NCBI GenBank assembly: GCA_000751555.1
Contig: CCEZ01000014.1
Location: 22,302-46,301 of the forward strand
Length of the DNA: 24,000 nt
Source of the DNA: Anaerosalibacter massiliensis
Lineage (GTDB): Bacteria; Bacillota; Clostridia; Tissierellales; Sporanaerobacteraceae
Direction of reading: 5' to 3'
The stretch's first letter is position 1, and the number at the start of each line of letters is the position of its first letter. Positions 7,233-14,903 of this stretch are shown here, in pieces. The notes under the pieces were generated by a model. That model was not told where the DNA came from. It did not search any database and saw nothing but the letters and a program-made list of their open reading frames with translations. The translations under genes were made by a program, and so were the position numbers.

Positions 7233-7695
7233 TATGGAAGACAAAAATATACTTAGTCTAGATAATATTATTTTAAATAGTAAACTACATTGTAAAGAAG
7301 AAGTTATTGATAAATTATTTGATATTCTAGTAGATTCAGGGGCTGTTTTAGATAAAAAAACGTTTATAGAGGACATATATGAAAGAGAAAGTAGAGGGTT
7401 TACTTTTGCTGGAGATTATTTAGCTATTCCCCATAGCTTTTCTAATTGTGTAGCTTGGCCTCAAATAGCTATTATTAGGACAAATAATGCTTTTGTATGG
7501 GATGAAAATGAAAATTTAGTAAAATTGGTTATTATGCTTGCTATTCCTGAAAGTACTGAGAGGGAAAAAGAATTAGAGATACTAAAAAATATTGTTTATT
7601 CATTAGGAGATGTGAATTTAGTTAAAGATTTATTGGAGGTCAATACAAAGGAAGAATTAATTAAACTTATTTATAGTTATGCTGATAATCAATAG
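7219..7695 (+). CDS. PTS EIIA, type 2 (fructose/mannitol/Ntr family)
   Basis: GDYLAIPHSF active-site His context and typical EIIA-2 length. Overlaps the regulator stop by 14 nt. An alternative start is ATG 7234, behind GAGGAAAG. Confidence 0.75.
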   Translation: MRKDNMEDKNILSLDNIILNSKLHCKEEVIDKLFDILVDSGAVLDKKTFIEDIYERESRGFTFAGDYLAIPHSFSNCVAWPQIAIIRTNNAFVWDENENLVKLVIMLAIPESTEREKELEILKNIVYSLGDVNLVKDLLEVNTKEELIKLIYSYADNQ

Positions 7696-7704
7696 GAGGT
7701 TATT

Positions 7705-8244
7705 ATGAGAGTAAGTATATTTAAAAGAGGAATAGCTACAATACTTGATATTTATATATCATCAGTTTTGGCTCATATACCTATTTTATTAATTTATAGT
7801 ATAGAAACTGGTGAAGTACAGATGACTAAGGAATTATCAGCTTTATCTACATTAAATGGAGTATTAGCTTGCATATTAGGAATTTTAATAGCCTTATTTT
7901 ATTATGTAATATTACCTGTGTATAAATTTGATGGACAAACTTTAATGAAAAAAACATTAGGCTTTAAAGTAGTAAAGATGGATGGCAATAATGTAGATTT
8001 AAATACAATGTTTAAAAGAGAATTATTAGGTTCTATGATTTTAGAAGGCGGATTCGTAATTGGTGGAAGTTATTTAAGGCAATTAATATTAATAATTATT
8101 GGCTCAAAATCATTATATAAGGGACTTTTATATGTTTCTTTTGTAACTACGATTTTATCTATAATAATTATGATTTTTTCAAAGTCAAATAGGGCTATCC
8201 ACGATTATATTGCAGGTACTAAAGTTTTAAATTTAAAAGATTAG
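7705..8244 (+). CDS. RDD-family-like integral membrane protein
   Basis: AGGAGG SD. N-terminal FKRGIATILDIYISS and C-terminal NRAIHDYIAGTKVL match the Arg...Asp...Asp pattern of RDD proteins. Three or four hydrophobic helices. Confidence 0.55.
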   Translation: MRVSIFKRGIATILDIYISSVLAHIPILLIYSIETGEVQMTKELSALSTLNGVLACILGILIALFYYVILPVYKFDGQTLMKKTLGFKVVKMDGNNVDLNTMFKRELLGSMILEGGFVIGGSYLRQLILIIIGSKSLYKGLLYVSFVTTILSIIIMIFSKSNRAIHDYIAGTKVLNLKD

Positions 8245-8289
8245 TATATTAATTTTTTTATATATAAAACCATAATAATGGAGGTGGAA

Positions 8290-8616
8290 ATGATGAAAAA
8301 GATATATTTGTTTTGTGATAATGGAATGAGTACAAGCATGATTGCTAAAAAGATGCAAGATGTTGGTGATAAGCACAAATTATCCATAGAAGTAAAGGCT
8401 TTTCCAATTAGAAATTTGGAGAAGATATTGGATGAGAAGAATCCTGACTGTGTATTATTAGGGCCACAAGTTAGACATTTATTTGAGGATACTAAAAACA
8501 GAGTGAAAGATTATAATGTTCCAGTTGGAGTTATTGATTCCGTTGATTATGGAATGATGGATGGAGAAAAAGTGTTAAAAAAATCAATAGTATTGATGAA
8601 AAAATATAAAGGTTAG
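8290..8616 (+). CDS. PTS EIIB, lactose/cellobiose family
   Basis: MMKKIYLFCDNGMSTSMIAKKMQ carries the conserved phospho-Cys in a CxxGMSTS context. The ORF-track start 8278 contains the SD GGAGGTGG itself, so ATG 8290 or 8293 is the likelier start. Confidence 0.85.
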   Translation: MMKKIYLFCDNGMSTSMIAKKMQDVGDKHKLSIEVKAFPIRNLEKILDEKNPDCVLLGPQVRHLFEDTKNRVKDYNVPVGVIDSVDYGMMDGEKVLKKSIVLMKKYKG

Positions 8617-8627
8617 GGGAGGTTAAA

Positions 8628-9974
8628 ATGTTTGAAAAACTAGAGAAGGTCTTAATGCCTGTAGCAGATAGGTTAGGCAAGAATAAAGTTTTAGTTGCTA
8701 TACGTGATGGTTTTTTGGTATCAACTCCATTGATAATTGTAGGGTCTCTATTTATTTTAATAGCAAATTTCCCAATACCAGGATGGTCTGAGTTTTGGGC
8801 AAAAATATTTGGAGAAGGATGGGAATCCTATTTATCTAATGTAGCAAGAGCAACTTTTGATATTATATCGTTATTAGCAGTTATTGGTATAGGATATTCT
8901 TATTCTAGACAAATAGGAGCAGATAGAATACAAGGAGCAATTGTTTCTCTTGTGTCTTTTGTAATTTTAATGCCTACAACAATTGTATATGAAGGTGCAA
9001 AAGGGACTGAAACATTGAATGCTATAAGCTTTTCTTTTACAGGAACAAGTGGAATATTTTTATCAATGATTGTTTCAATTTTATCTGTTCGAATATTTAA
9101 CTGGGCTTATAAAAAAGGCTGGACAATAAAGCTGCCAGAAGGAGTGCCACCAGCTGTTTTTAATTCTTTTGCAGCTTTGATTCCAAGTGCTATAGTAATG
9201 TTTATATTTTTCCTAGTAAGAATTTTATTTGAGCTTACACCATATGAATCTGCACACAATTTTATATATACTGTATTGCAAGCTCCTTTAATGGGAGTAG
9301 GAAATAGTTTAGGTGCACAAATTATTTATGTTGTATCTTGTTCTGTTTTCTGGTTCTTTGGAATAAATGGTCCTGCAGTTGCAAACTCAGTTTTCTCGCC
9401 AATATTTAGAACTTTGTCAATAGAAAATTTAAAGGCTTTCCAAGCGGGACTAGCATTGCCACATATATATACAGGACAGTTTGTAGACTTATTCCAAACA
9501 TTTGGTGGAGGAGGAAGTACTCTCTCCCTAGTTATACTTATGGTGACAGTTTGCAAATCTGAAAGAATTAAACAATTAGGTAAATTGTCCATTGTACCTG
9601 GTGTATTTGGTATTAATGAACCTATTATATTTGGTTTGCCAATTGTACTAAATCCTGTGATGATTATACCTTTTATAGGGGTTCCATTAATAAATACTAT
9701 TTTGTCAGCTATAGCTTTTGAAAGTGGGTTCTTGCCTTATACAAATGGAGTTGAAATACCGTGGACAACACCTTTAGGATTTTCAGGATACTTATCAACA
9801 GGTAGTTTAAAGGCAGCATTATTTCAAGTTATATTAGTAGTATTAGGCTGTGTAGTCTACTATCCATTTATAAAGATACTAGATAAGAATTACCTAAAAG
9901 ATGAGCAATCTCAAACAGAAGAAGATGAATTGGAAGATATTTCATTTGATGATATATCTTTAGATGATATTTAG
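8628..9974 (+). CDS. PTS EIIC, lactose/cellobiose (chitobiose) family permease
   Basis: 448-aa polytopic protein whose N-terminus LMPVADRLGKNKVLVAIRDGF is typical of CelB/ChbC-type EIIC. GGGGAGG SD. Acidic C-terminal tail. Confidence 0.85.
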   Translation: MFEKLEKVLMPVADRLGKNKVLVAIRDGFLVSTPLIIVGSLFILIANFPIPGWSEFWAKIFGEGWESYLSNVARATFDIISLLAVIGIGYSYSRQIGADRIQGAIVSLVSFVILMPTTIVYEGAKGTETLNAISFSFTGTSGIFLSMIVSILSVRIFNWAYKKGWTIKLPEGVPPAVFNSFAALIPSAIVMFIFFLVRILFELTPYESAHNFIYTVLQAPLMGVGNSLGAQIIYVVSCSVFWFFGINGPAVANSVFSPIFRTLSIENLKAFQAGLALPHIYTGQFVDLFQTFGGGGSTLSLVILMVTVCKSERIKQLGKLSIVPGVFGINEPIIFGLPIVLNPVMIIPFIGVPLINTILSAIAFESGFLPYTNGVEIPWTTPLGFSGYLSTGSLKAALFQVILVVLGCVVYYPFIKILDKNYLKDEQSQTEEDELEDISFDDISLDDI

Positions 9975-9983
9975 GAGGTAAAT

Positions 9984-10505
9984 ATGAAAGTTTTAATGAT
10001 ATTTGACCAAATACAAGCTGGGATGGGAGGAAAGGAAAGAGCTAATCTTCCATTAGGTGGTAAAAAAGGAGAGATAGGTTCAGTTCCTATGATTGATCCT
10101 CATCTTAAAAAAGTAGAAGGTAAGGTCATTGCTTGCTTGTATTGTGGTGACAGTTATTTTAAAGAAAATGAAGAGGAAGTAGTTAAAAAGATGACTGTAA
10201 TGGTGAAAAAATTAGATCCAGATGTAGTTATCTGTGGACCAGCATATAATTATAATGGCTATGCTTATATGTGTGCTGCTATTTCAAAAGAGATAAGTGA
10301 AAAGGCAAATATACCAGTAGTTGCTGCTATGTCTCAAGAAAATGAAGAAACCATTTTAAAATATAAGGAAATAGTGAATATTGTAAAGATGCCTAAAAAA
10401 GGTGGTACTGGGTTAAATGAATCATTAAATAATATTTGTATACTAGCAAGAAAACTATTTGATAAAGAGGACATTAGTAAATTGAAAGAAAAGATATGCT
10501 ATTAA
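9984..10505 (+). CDS. stand-alone homologue of the N-terminal region of GrdB/PrdB-type reductase selenoprotein B; function unknown
   Basis: MIFDQIQAGMGGKERANLP...CGDSYFKENEEEV...DPDVVICGPAYNYNGYAYMCAAISKEI...IPVVAAM parallels the GrdB N-terminus as I remember it (YINQFFAGIGGEEKAD...CGDSYFAEN...PDLFIAGPAFNAGRYG). The ORF ends at TAA after 173 aa, with no in-frame TGA. Confidence 0.55.
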   Translation: MKVLMIFDQIQAGMGGKERANLPLGGKKGEIGSVPMIDPHLKKVEGKVIACLYCGDSYFKENEEEVVKKMTVMVKKLDPDVVICGPAYNYNGYAYMCAAISKEISEKANIPVVAAMSQENEETILKYKEIVNIVKMPKKGGTGLNESLNNICILARKLFDKEDISKLKEKICY

Positions 10506-10511
10506 ATATAT

Positions 10512-10537
10512 AGGTAGTCTATGTACATAGACTACCT
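10512..10537 (+). other. perfect intra-operon hairpin (palindrome AGGTAGTCTATGTACATAGACTACCT)
   Basis: 26-nt perfect palindrome in the 64-nt gap between 9984-10505 and 10570-11694. A T-run (GGTTTTT) begins about 10 nt downstream. It could be a partial terminator or an mRNA processing/stability element. Confidence 0.4.
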
Positions 10538-10569
10538 TATATATTGGTTTTTATAATGGGGGTTATATA

Positions 10570-11694
10570 ATGGAAGAAATTTTAAATGATAAGATTGAAT
10601 ATTATAAAGATGAATTATTGAAGTCTATTATAGATCTTGTTAATATAGGAAGTATCAAGGAAAAATCAAAGATAGATGCTCCTTTTGGAGAGATGCCAAA
10701 AGCTGCATTAGTAAAAGCATTAGAAATAGCTGAAGGTTTAGGATTCAAAACCAAGAATTTAGATAATTATATTGGATATGCTCAGTATGGTGAAGGAGAA
10801 GATTATATAGGAGTTTTAGGACATTTAGATGTAGTCCCTGTAGGGGAAGGTTGGAAATTTCCACCTTTTAGTGGTCATATTGAAAATGGAAAAATATATG
10901 GCAGAGGTGTACTGGACAATAAAGGTCCTATTATATCAGCACTTTATGCTTTATATGCTATTAAGGAAGCTGGATTAAAAATCAATAAGCCAGTGAGAAT
11001 TATATTTGGTACTGATGAGGAAAGTGGATTTAATGATATTCCATATTATCTGGAAAGAGAAAAACCTCCTATAATGGGATTTACTCCTGATTGTAAATAT
11101 CCAGTTGTATATGGAGAAAGAGGAAGAGCAAATATTCAATTTCAAATAGAGTATAACGATGAAAACTATGAGAGAATTATAGAAGAGTTTTTTAACTTTT
11201 TAAATACTTATATTCTTTCTAGTAAGAGTAATGGTGACAGATTAGGGATTAACTTTAGTGATGAAGAATTTGGTACTATGGAGATGAGAAATTACAATAT
11301 TGGAATAGAAGAATCTAAACTATTATTTAATATTAGTTTAAGCTATCCAGCTATTGTTAGTATTGATGAAATATTAGAAAAGATGGAGTCAAAATTAAGT
11401 GAAAACATAAAACTAGAATTATTATTAAATTATAATCCAGTTAAATTTGAAAAGGATTCTTTTTTAGTTAGATCTTTACAAAAAGCCTATGAAGATGTTA
11501 CAAATTTAGATGGAACTCCTGTCACTACAACAGGAGGAACTTACGCAAAAATAATGCCTAATATTGTACCATTTGGACCTTCCTTTCCAGGGCAGAAGGG
11601 AATTTCGCACAATCCAAATGAATACATGGATATAAGTGATATTATTTTAAATGCAAAGATATTTTCTCAAGCAATATACAATTTGGCAAAGTAA
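10570..11694 (+). CDS. M20-family metallopeptidase (PepV/Sapep-like dipeptidase)
   Basis: GHLDVVPVGEGWKFPPFSG...GKIYGRGVLDNKGP and FGTDEESG metal-ligand motifs characteristic of M20 dipeptidases. Confidence 0.8.
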   Translation: MEEILNDKIEYYKDELLKSIIDLVNIGSIKEKSKIDAPFGEMPKAALVKALEIAEGLGFKTKNLDNYIGYAQYGEGEDYIGVLGHLDVVPVGEGWKFPPFSGHIENGKIYGRGVLDNKGPIISALYALYAIKEAGLKINKPVRIIFGTDEESGFNDIPYYLEREKPPIMGFTPDCKYPVVYGERGRANIQFQIEYNDENYERIIEEFFNFLNTYILSSKSNGDRLGINFSDEEFGTMEMRNYNIGIEESKLLFNISLSYPAIVSIDEILEKMESKLSENIKLELLLNYNPVKFEKDSFLVRSLQKAYEDVTNLDGTPVTTTGGTYAKIMPNIVPFGPSFPGQKGISHNPNEYMDISDIILNAKIFSQAIYNLAK

Positions 11695-11730
11695 ATATAA
11701 TTTTAAAATGAATAGAAATGGGGGATAAAT

Positions 11731-12690
11731 GTGAAGTGGGCAATTATAGCTACATGGAGGATGGCTTTAGAAGGTGTTCAGAAGGCAAATGAATTGTTAA
11801 AGAATAAGGAAAGTTCTGGGGATGCTATTGAAACAGCTATAAAGATGGTAGAAGATTTCCCATATTATAAATCTGTTGGATATGGTGGTCTTCCTAATGA
11901 GAATGGAGAAGTAGAATTGGATGCTGCTTATATGGATGGTGATAGTCTATCTATTGGAGCTATTGCAGGTATTAAGGATTTTAAAAATCCAATAAGTATA
12001 GCTAGAAAATTAAGTGAAGAAAAATTCAATTGTTTTCTAGTTGGTCATGGAGCAGAAGAATATGCTCATAAAAATGGATTTGAAAGAGCTAACATGCTTA
12101 CAGATAGAGCTATTATTCATTATAAAAATAGGTTAAAAGAGACTGTAGATAAAGGTTTAAGTCCTTATGCAGGACATGACACTGTAGGAATGGTTGCGTT
12201 GGATTCCAATTATTCTATGGCTTGTGGTACATCTACAAGTGGATTATTTATGAAAAAAAGAGGAAGAACTGGTGATTCACCATTATCTGGTTCAGGTTTT
12301 TATGTAGATAGTGAAATAGGAGGGGCTACTGCTACTGGACTAGGAGAAGATATTATGAAAGGATGTATATCCTATGAAATTGTCAGATTAATGAAGGATG
12401 GTTATACACCTCAAGAGGCAGCAGATAAAGCTGTATATGAATTGAATAAATTGCTTGTTGATAGAAGAAAAGAAGCAGGAGATATTTCTGTTGTTTGTAT
12501 TAATAATAAAGGTGAATTTGGTGTAGCTACCAATATTGAAGGATTTTCTTTTGTAATAGCTACTGATAAATTGGCACCAACTGTATATGTATGTTCAGTA
12601 GAAAATAATAAAACAATTTATGAAGTTGCAACTAAAGAATGGCTAGATAATTATATGAATAAAAGGACAGCTCCTTTAAAATTAAAATAA
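11731..12690 (+). CDS. Ntn-hydrolase of the glycosylasparaginase (N4-(beta-N-acetylglucosaminyl)-L-asparaginase) / isoaspartyl peptidase family, AGA-like
   Basis: GTG start after GGGGGA. The autoprocessing site GHDTVGMVALD, the N-terminal IIATW motif and GDSPLSGSGFYVDSEIGGATATGLGEDIMK resemble AGA (HDTIGMV; GDSPIPGAGAYAD..GAAAATGNGD) more than IaaA-type asparaginases. Confidence 0.75.
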   Translation: MKWAIIATWRMALEGVQKANELLKNKESSGDAIETAIKMVEDFPYYKSVGYGGLPNENGEVELDAAYMDGDSLSIGAIAGIKDFKNPISIARKLSEEKFNCFLVGHGAEEYAHKNGFERANMLTDRAIIHYKNRLKETVDKGLSPYAGHDTVGMVALDSNYSMACGTSTSGLFMKKRGRTGDSPLSGSGFYVDSEIGGATATGLGEDIMKGCISYEIVRLMKDGYTPQEAADKAVYELNKLLVDRRKEAGDISVVCINNKGEFGVATNIEGFSFVIATDKLAPTVYVCSVENNKTIYEVATKEWLDNYMNKRTAPLKLK

Positions 12691-12709
12691 CTAAATCTAA
12701 TAGAGAAAG

Positions 12710-13045
12710 ATGGTGAATACTATGGAAGGTATAGAATTATTAAATTTCCAGATAATTAGCAATGTAGGAGATGCAAAATCATTTTTATTTGAAGCATTGA
12801 AAGCAGCAAGGGAAGAAAGATTTGAGGATGCTGAAAAATTTATAAAGGATGCTGAAAATAGTTTAGGGAAAGCCCATGAAATTCATGTGGATTTACTGCA
12901 ACAGGAAACCCAGGGAGAACCTATTGAGATATCTCTTTTATTAATGCATGCTGAGGATCAAATGATGTCAACTGAAATGTTAAGAGATGTTACTAATGAA
13001 ATGCTATTAGTTCATAAAAAATATTCAAATGTTAATAAAGAATGA
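12710..13045 (+). CDS. PTS EIIA, lactose/cellobiose family
   Basis: 111-aa helical protein with ELLNFQIISNVGDAKS...AHEIHVDLLQQE...LLLMHAEDQMMS. The phospho-His context (MHAEDQ) is typical of ChbA/LicA/LacF. Confidence 0.85.
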   Translation: MVNTMEGIELLNFQIISNVGDAKSFLFEALKAAREERFEDAEKFIKDAENSLGKAHEIHVDLLQQETQGEPIEISLLLMHAEDQMMSTEMLRDVTNEMLLVHKKYSNVNKE

Positions 13046-13059
13046 TATTAATTATAAAT

Positions 13060-13115
13060 AGCAAGGATATTTTGCAGGTATAAATACTTGTAAGATGTCT
13101 TTGCTTTTTATTTTA
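13060..13115 (+). terminator. rho-independent terminator of the PTS operon
   Basis: Outer stem AGCAAGGAT (13060-13068) / GTCTTTGCT (13097-13105) and inner stem TTGCAGGTA (13072-13080) / TACTTGTAA (13085-13093), both with G-U pairs. TTTTTATTTT follows. Confidence 0.7.
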
Positions 13116-13322
13116 CATATTTATTAAATATATATTCTAAAATTACTAAAGCGGGTATTCTAAATACAAAACTTATAATGAAATAATCAACATAGGGGAA
13201 CAGTATTTTGTAAGATGGTAAAGTACTGTTTCCCTAACTAGTATTTATAATGCATAAAGCAATTAATCATTTATATGTTAAAATATATAGATAGTGATTA
13301 ATAAATTAAAAGAGGTGGGTTC

Positions 13323-14744
13323 ATGAGAGATACATATCTTAAGAATATAAATATGAAATATGTAGATGCTATAATGATTGTTGATAACAAGGGTAGAATA
13401 GTATATTCAGTTAGATTTAATCCTAGATTTGATAAAGATGGTTGTGAAGATGAACTTGAAAGTATCATTAATAGAAAATTTTTAGAAGTATATCCTACAA
13501 TAAAACCTGAAGAAAGTTCAGTTATAACCTGTCTTAAATACGGTCTTCCAATATATAGAGAACATCAAAAATTCTATGATGAAAAAAGAAGGGTATACAA
13601 CACTCAAAATTTAACATTACCTATTATAAGAAGTGGTAAAATACTTGGTACTATTGAATTATCTAAAGATATTACTAGAATCAAAGAAGATACACCTCTA
13701 ATAGAAAAGGAGTCTGTATCAGTAATAAATACACCTTTTAGATCAGATGAATTTTCTGTAAAGTATGAATTTAAAGATATAATCACTAGAAATGAGGAAA
13801 TGAAGGAAAATATAGAAAAGGCTAAACTAATTGCAGACAGTTCCTCTTCTATTCTTGTCTATGGAGAAACAGGTACAGGGAAAGAACTCTATGTACAATC
13901 TATTCACAATTATAGTTCAAGGTACAATAGACCTTTTATAGCACAAAATTGTGCTGCTTTACCAGAAAGTTTATTTGAGTCAATACTGTTTGGCTCAGTA
14001 AAAGGAGCTTTTACAGGATCAACAGATAAACCAGGATTGTTTGAACAAGCTCATGGTGGAACTCTATTCTTAGATGAAATAAATTCTATGCCAATTAGTC
14101 TTCAAGCCAAGCTTTTAAGAGTGTTGCAAGATGGTGTTATAAGGAGAATAGGTGATTCAAAAGATAGAAAAGTAGATGTAAGGATAATTGTAGCTATGAA
14201 TGTTGAACCATTAAAAGCTATTGAAATAGGTCAACTTAGAGAAGATTTATTTTATAGACTTAATGTAGTGAATATAAGATTAGTTCCTTTGAGAGACAGA
14301 AAAGAAGATATTCTATTATATGTAGAGCATTTCATAAATAAATATAACAAAGAGTTAAATAAAAATGTTAAGGGAATATCAAAAGAAGTAGAGGAATTAT
14401 TTATGTTATATAACTGGCCTGGCAACGTAAGGGAACTACAGCATATTATAGAAGCTTCTGTTAATATTATAAATGAAGGAAATATAAAATTAGAAAATCT
14501 TCCAATATACTTATCAGAAAAAATAAAAACAGAAGATGATGAATCACCAGAAGAACATTTTTATTTTAGTTTATTAGAAGGTTGCGAGTCACTAGATAAT
14601 GTAGTAAATAGTATAGAGAAAAAAATGATTATTGATGCACTTGAAAAATCAAAAGGAAATATTTCAAAGGCAGCAGAAGTACTAAAAATAACAAGACAAA
14701 GACTGTACTATAAAATGGATAAACATAATATACAATGGGGGTAG
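13323..14744 (+). CDS. sigma-54-dependent transcriptional activator (PAS-like sensor, AAA+ domain, Fis-type HTH)
   Basis: Walker A GETGTGKE, the sigma-54 contact loop GAFTGS, Walker B LFLDEI, and WPGNVRELQ. The C-terminal HTH reads NISKAAEVLKITRQRLYYKM. Confidence 0.9.
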   Translation: MRDTYLKNINMKYVDAIMIVDNKGRIVYSVRFNPRFDKDGCEDELESIINRKFLEVYPTIKPEESSVITCLKYGLPIYREHQKFYDEKRRVYNTQNLTLPIIRSGKILGTIELSKDITRIKEDTPLIEKESVSVINTPFRSDEFSVKYEFKDIITRNEEMKENIEKAKLIADSSSSILVYGETGTGKELYVQSIHNYSSRYNRPFIAQNCAALPESLFESILFGSVKGAFTGSTDKPGLFEQAHGGTLFLDEINSMPISLQAKLLRVLQDGVIRRIGDSKDRKVDVRIIVAMNVEPLKAIEIGQLREDLFYRLNVVNIRLVPLRDRKEDILLYVEHFINKYNKELNKNVKGISKEVEELFMLYNWPGNVRELQHIIEASVNIINEGNIKLENLPIYLSEKIKTEDDESPEEHFYFSLLEGCESLDNVVNSIEKKMIIDALEKSKGNISKAAEVLKITRQRLYYKMDKHNIQWG

Positions 14745-14793
14745 TGTAAAAATTCATACGTCAAATAATATTACATAGTGTAGGAAATCATAC
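14742..14793 (+). repeat. two 18-nt direct repeats (TAGTGTAnnAAnTCATAC), candidate upstream activator sites
   Basis: TAGTGTAAAAATTCATAC (14742-14759) and TAGTGTAGGAAATCATAC (14776-14793) share 15 of 18 positions with a 34-nt period. They lie 45-95 nt upstream of the -24 element. Confidence 0.4.
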
Positions 14794-14796
14794 ATT

Positions 14797-14832
14797 AAAA
14801 GAAGGAAAGTTAGCAATGTTCCTTCTTTTTTT
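14797..14832 (+). terminator. rho-independent terminator of the activator gene
   Basis: AAAAGAAGGAA (14797-14807) pairs with TTCCTTCTTTT (14819-14829) around an 11-nt loop and runs into a T-tract. Confidence 0.75.
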
Positions 14833-14834
14833 AT

Positions 14835-14850
14835 TGGTATCAATATTGCA
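14835..14850 (+). promoter_or_regulatory. sigma-54 (-24/-12) promoter
   Basis: TGGTAT-CAATA-TTGCA matches TGGCAC-N5-TTGCA with correct GG-N10-GC spacing. It lies directly downstream of a sigma-54 activator gene. Confidence 0.7.
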
Positions 14851-14903
14851 GTGTATATAGTCGTAATAATAAATTTTAAAATAGATAGAAAGGAGGAGGA
14901 CAA

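Noticed and set aside
7201-7236. G6 tract as a frameshift site that would fuse the PRD regulator with the EIIA-2 ORF
   Set aside because: The EIIA-2 frame is closed by TAA at 7216-7218, immediately upstream of its ATG. A single-base slip in the G-run therefore cannot create a fusion. Both ORFs have plausible translation signals.
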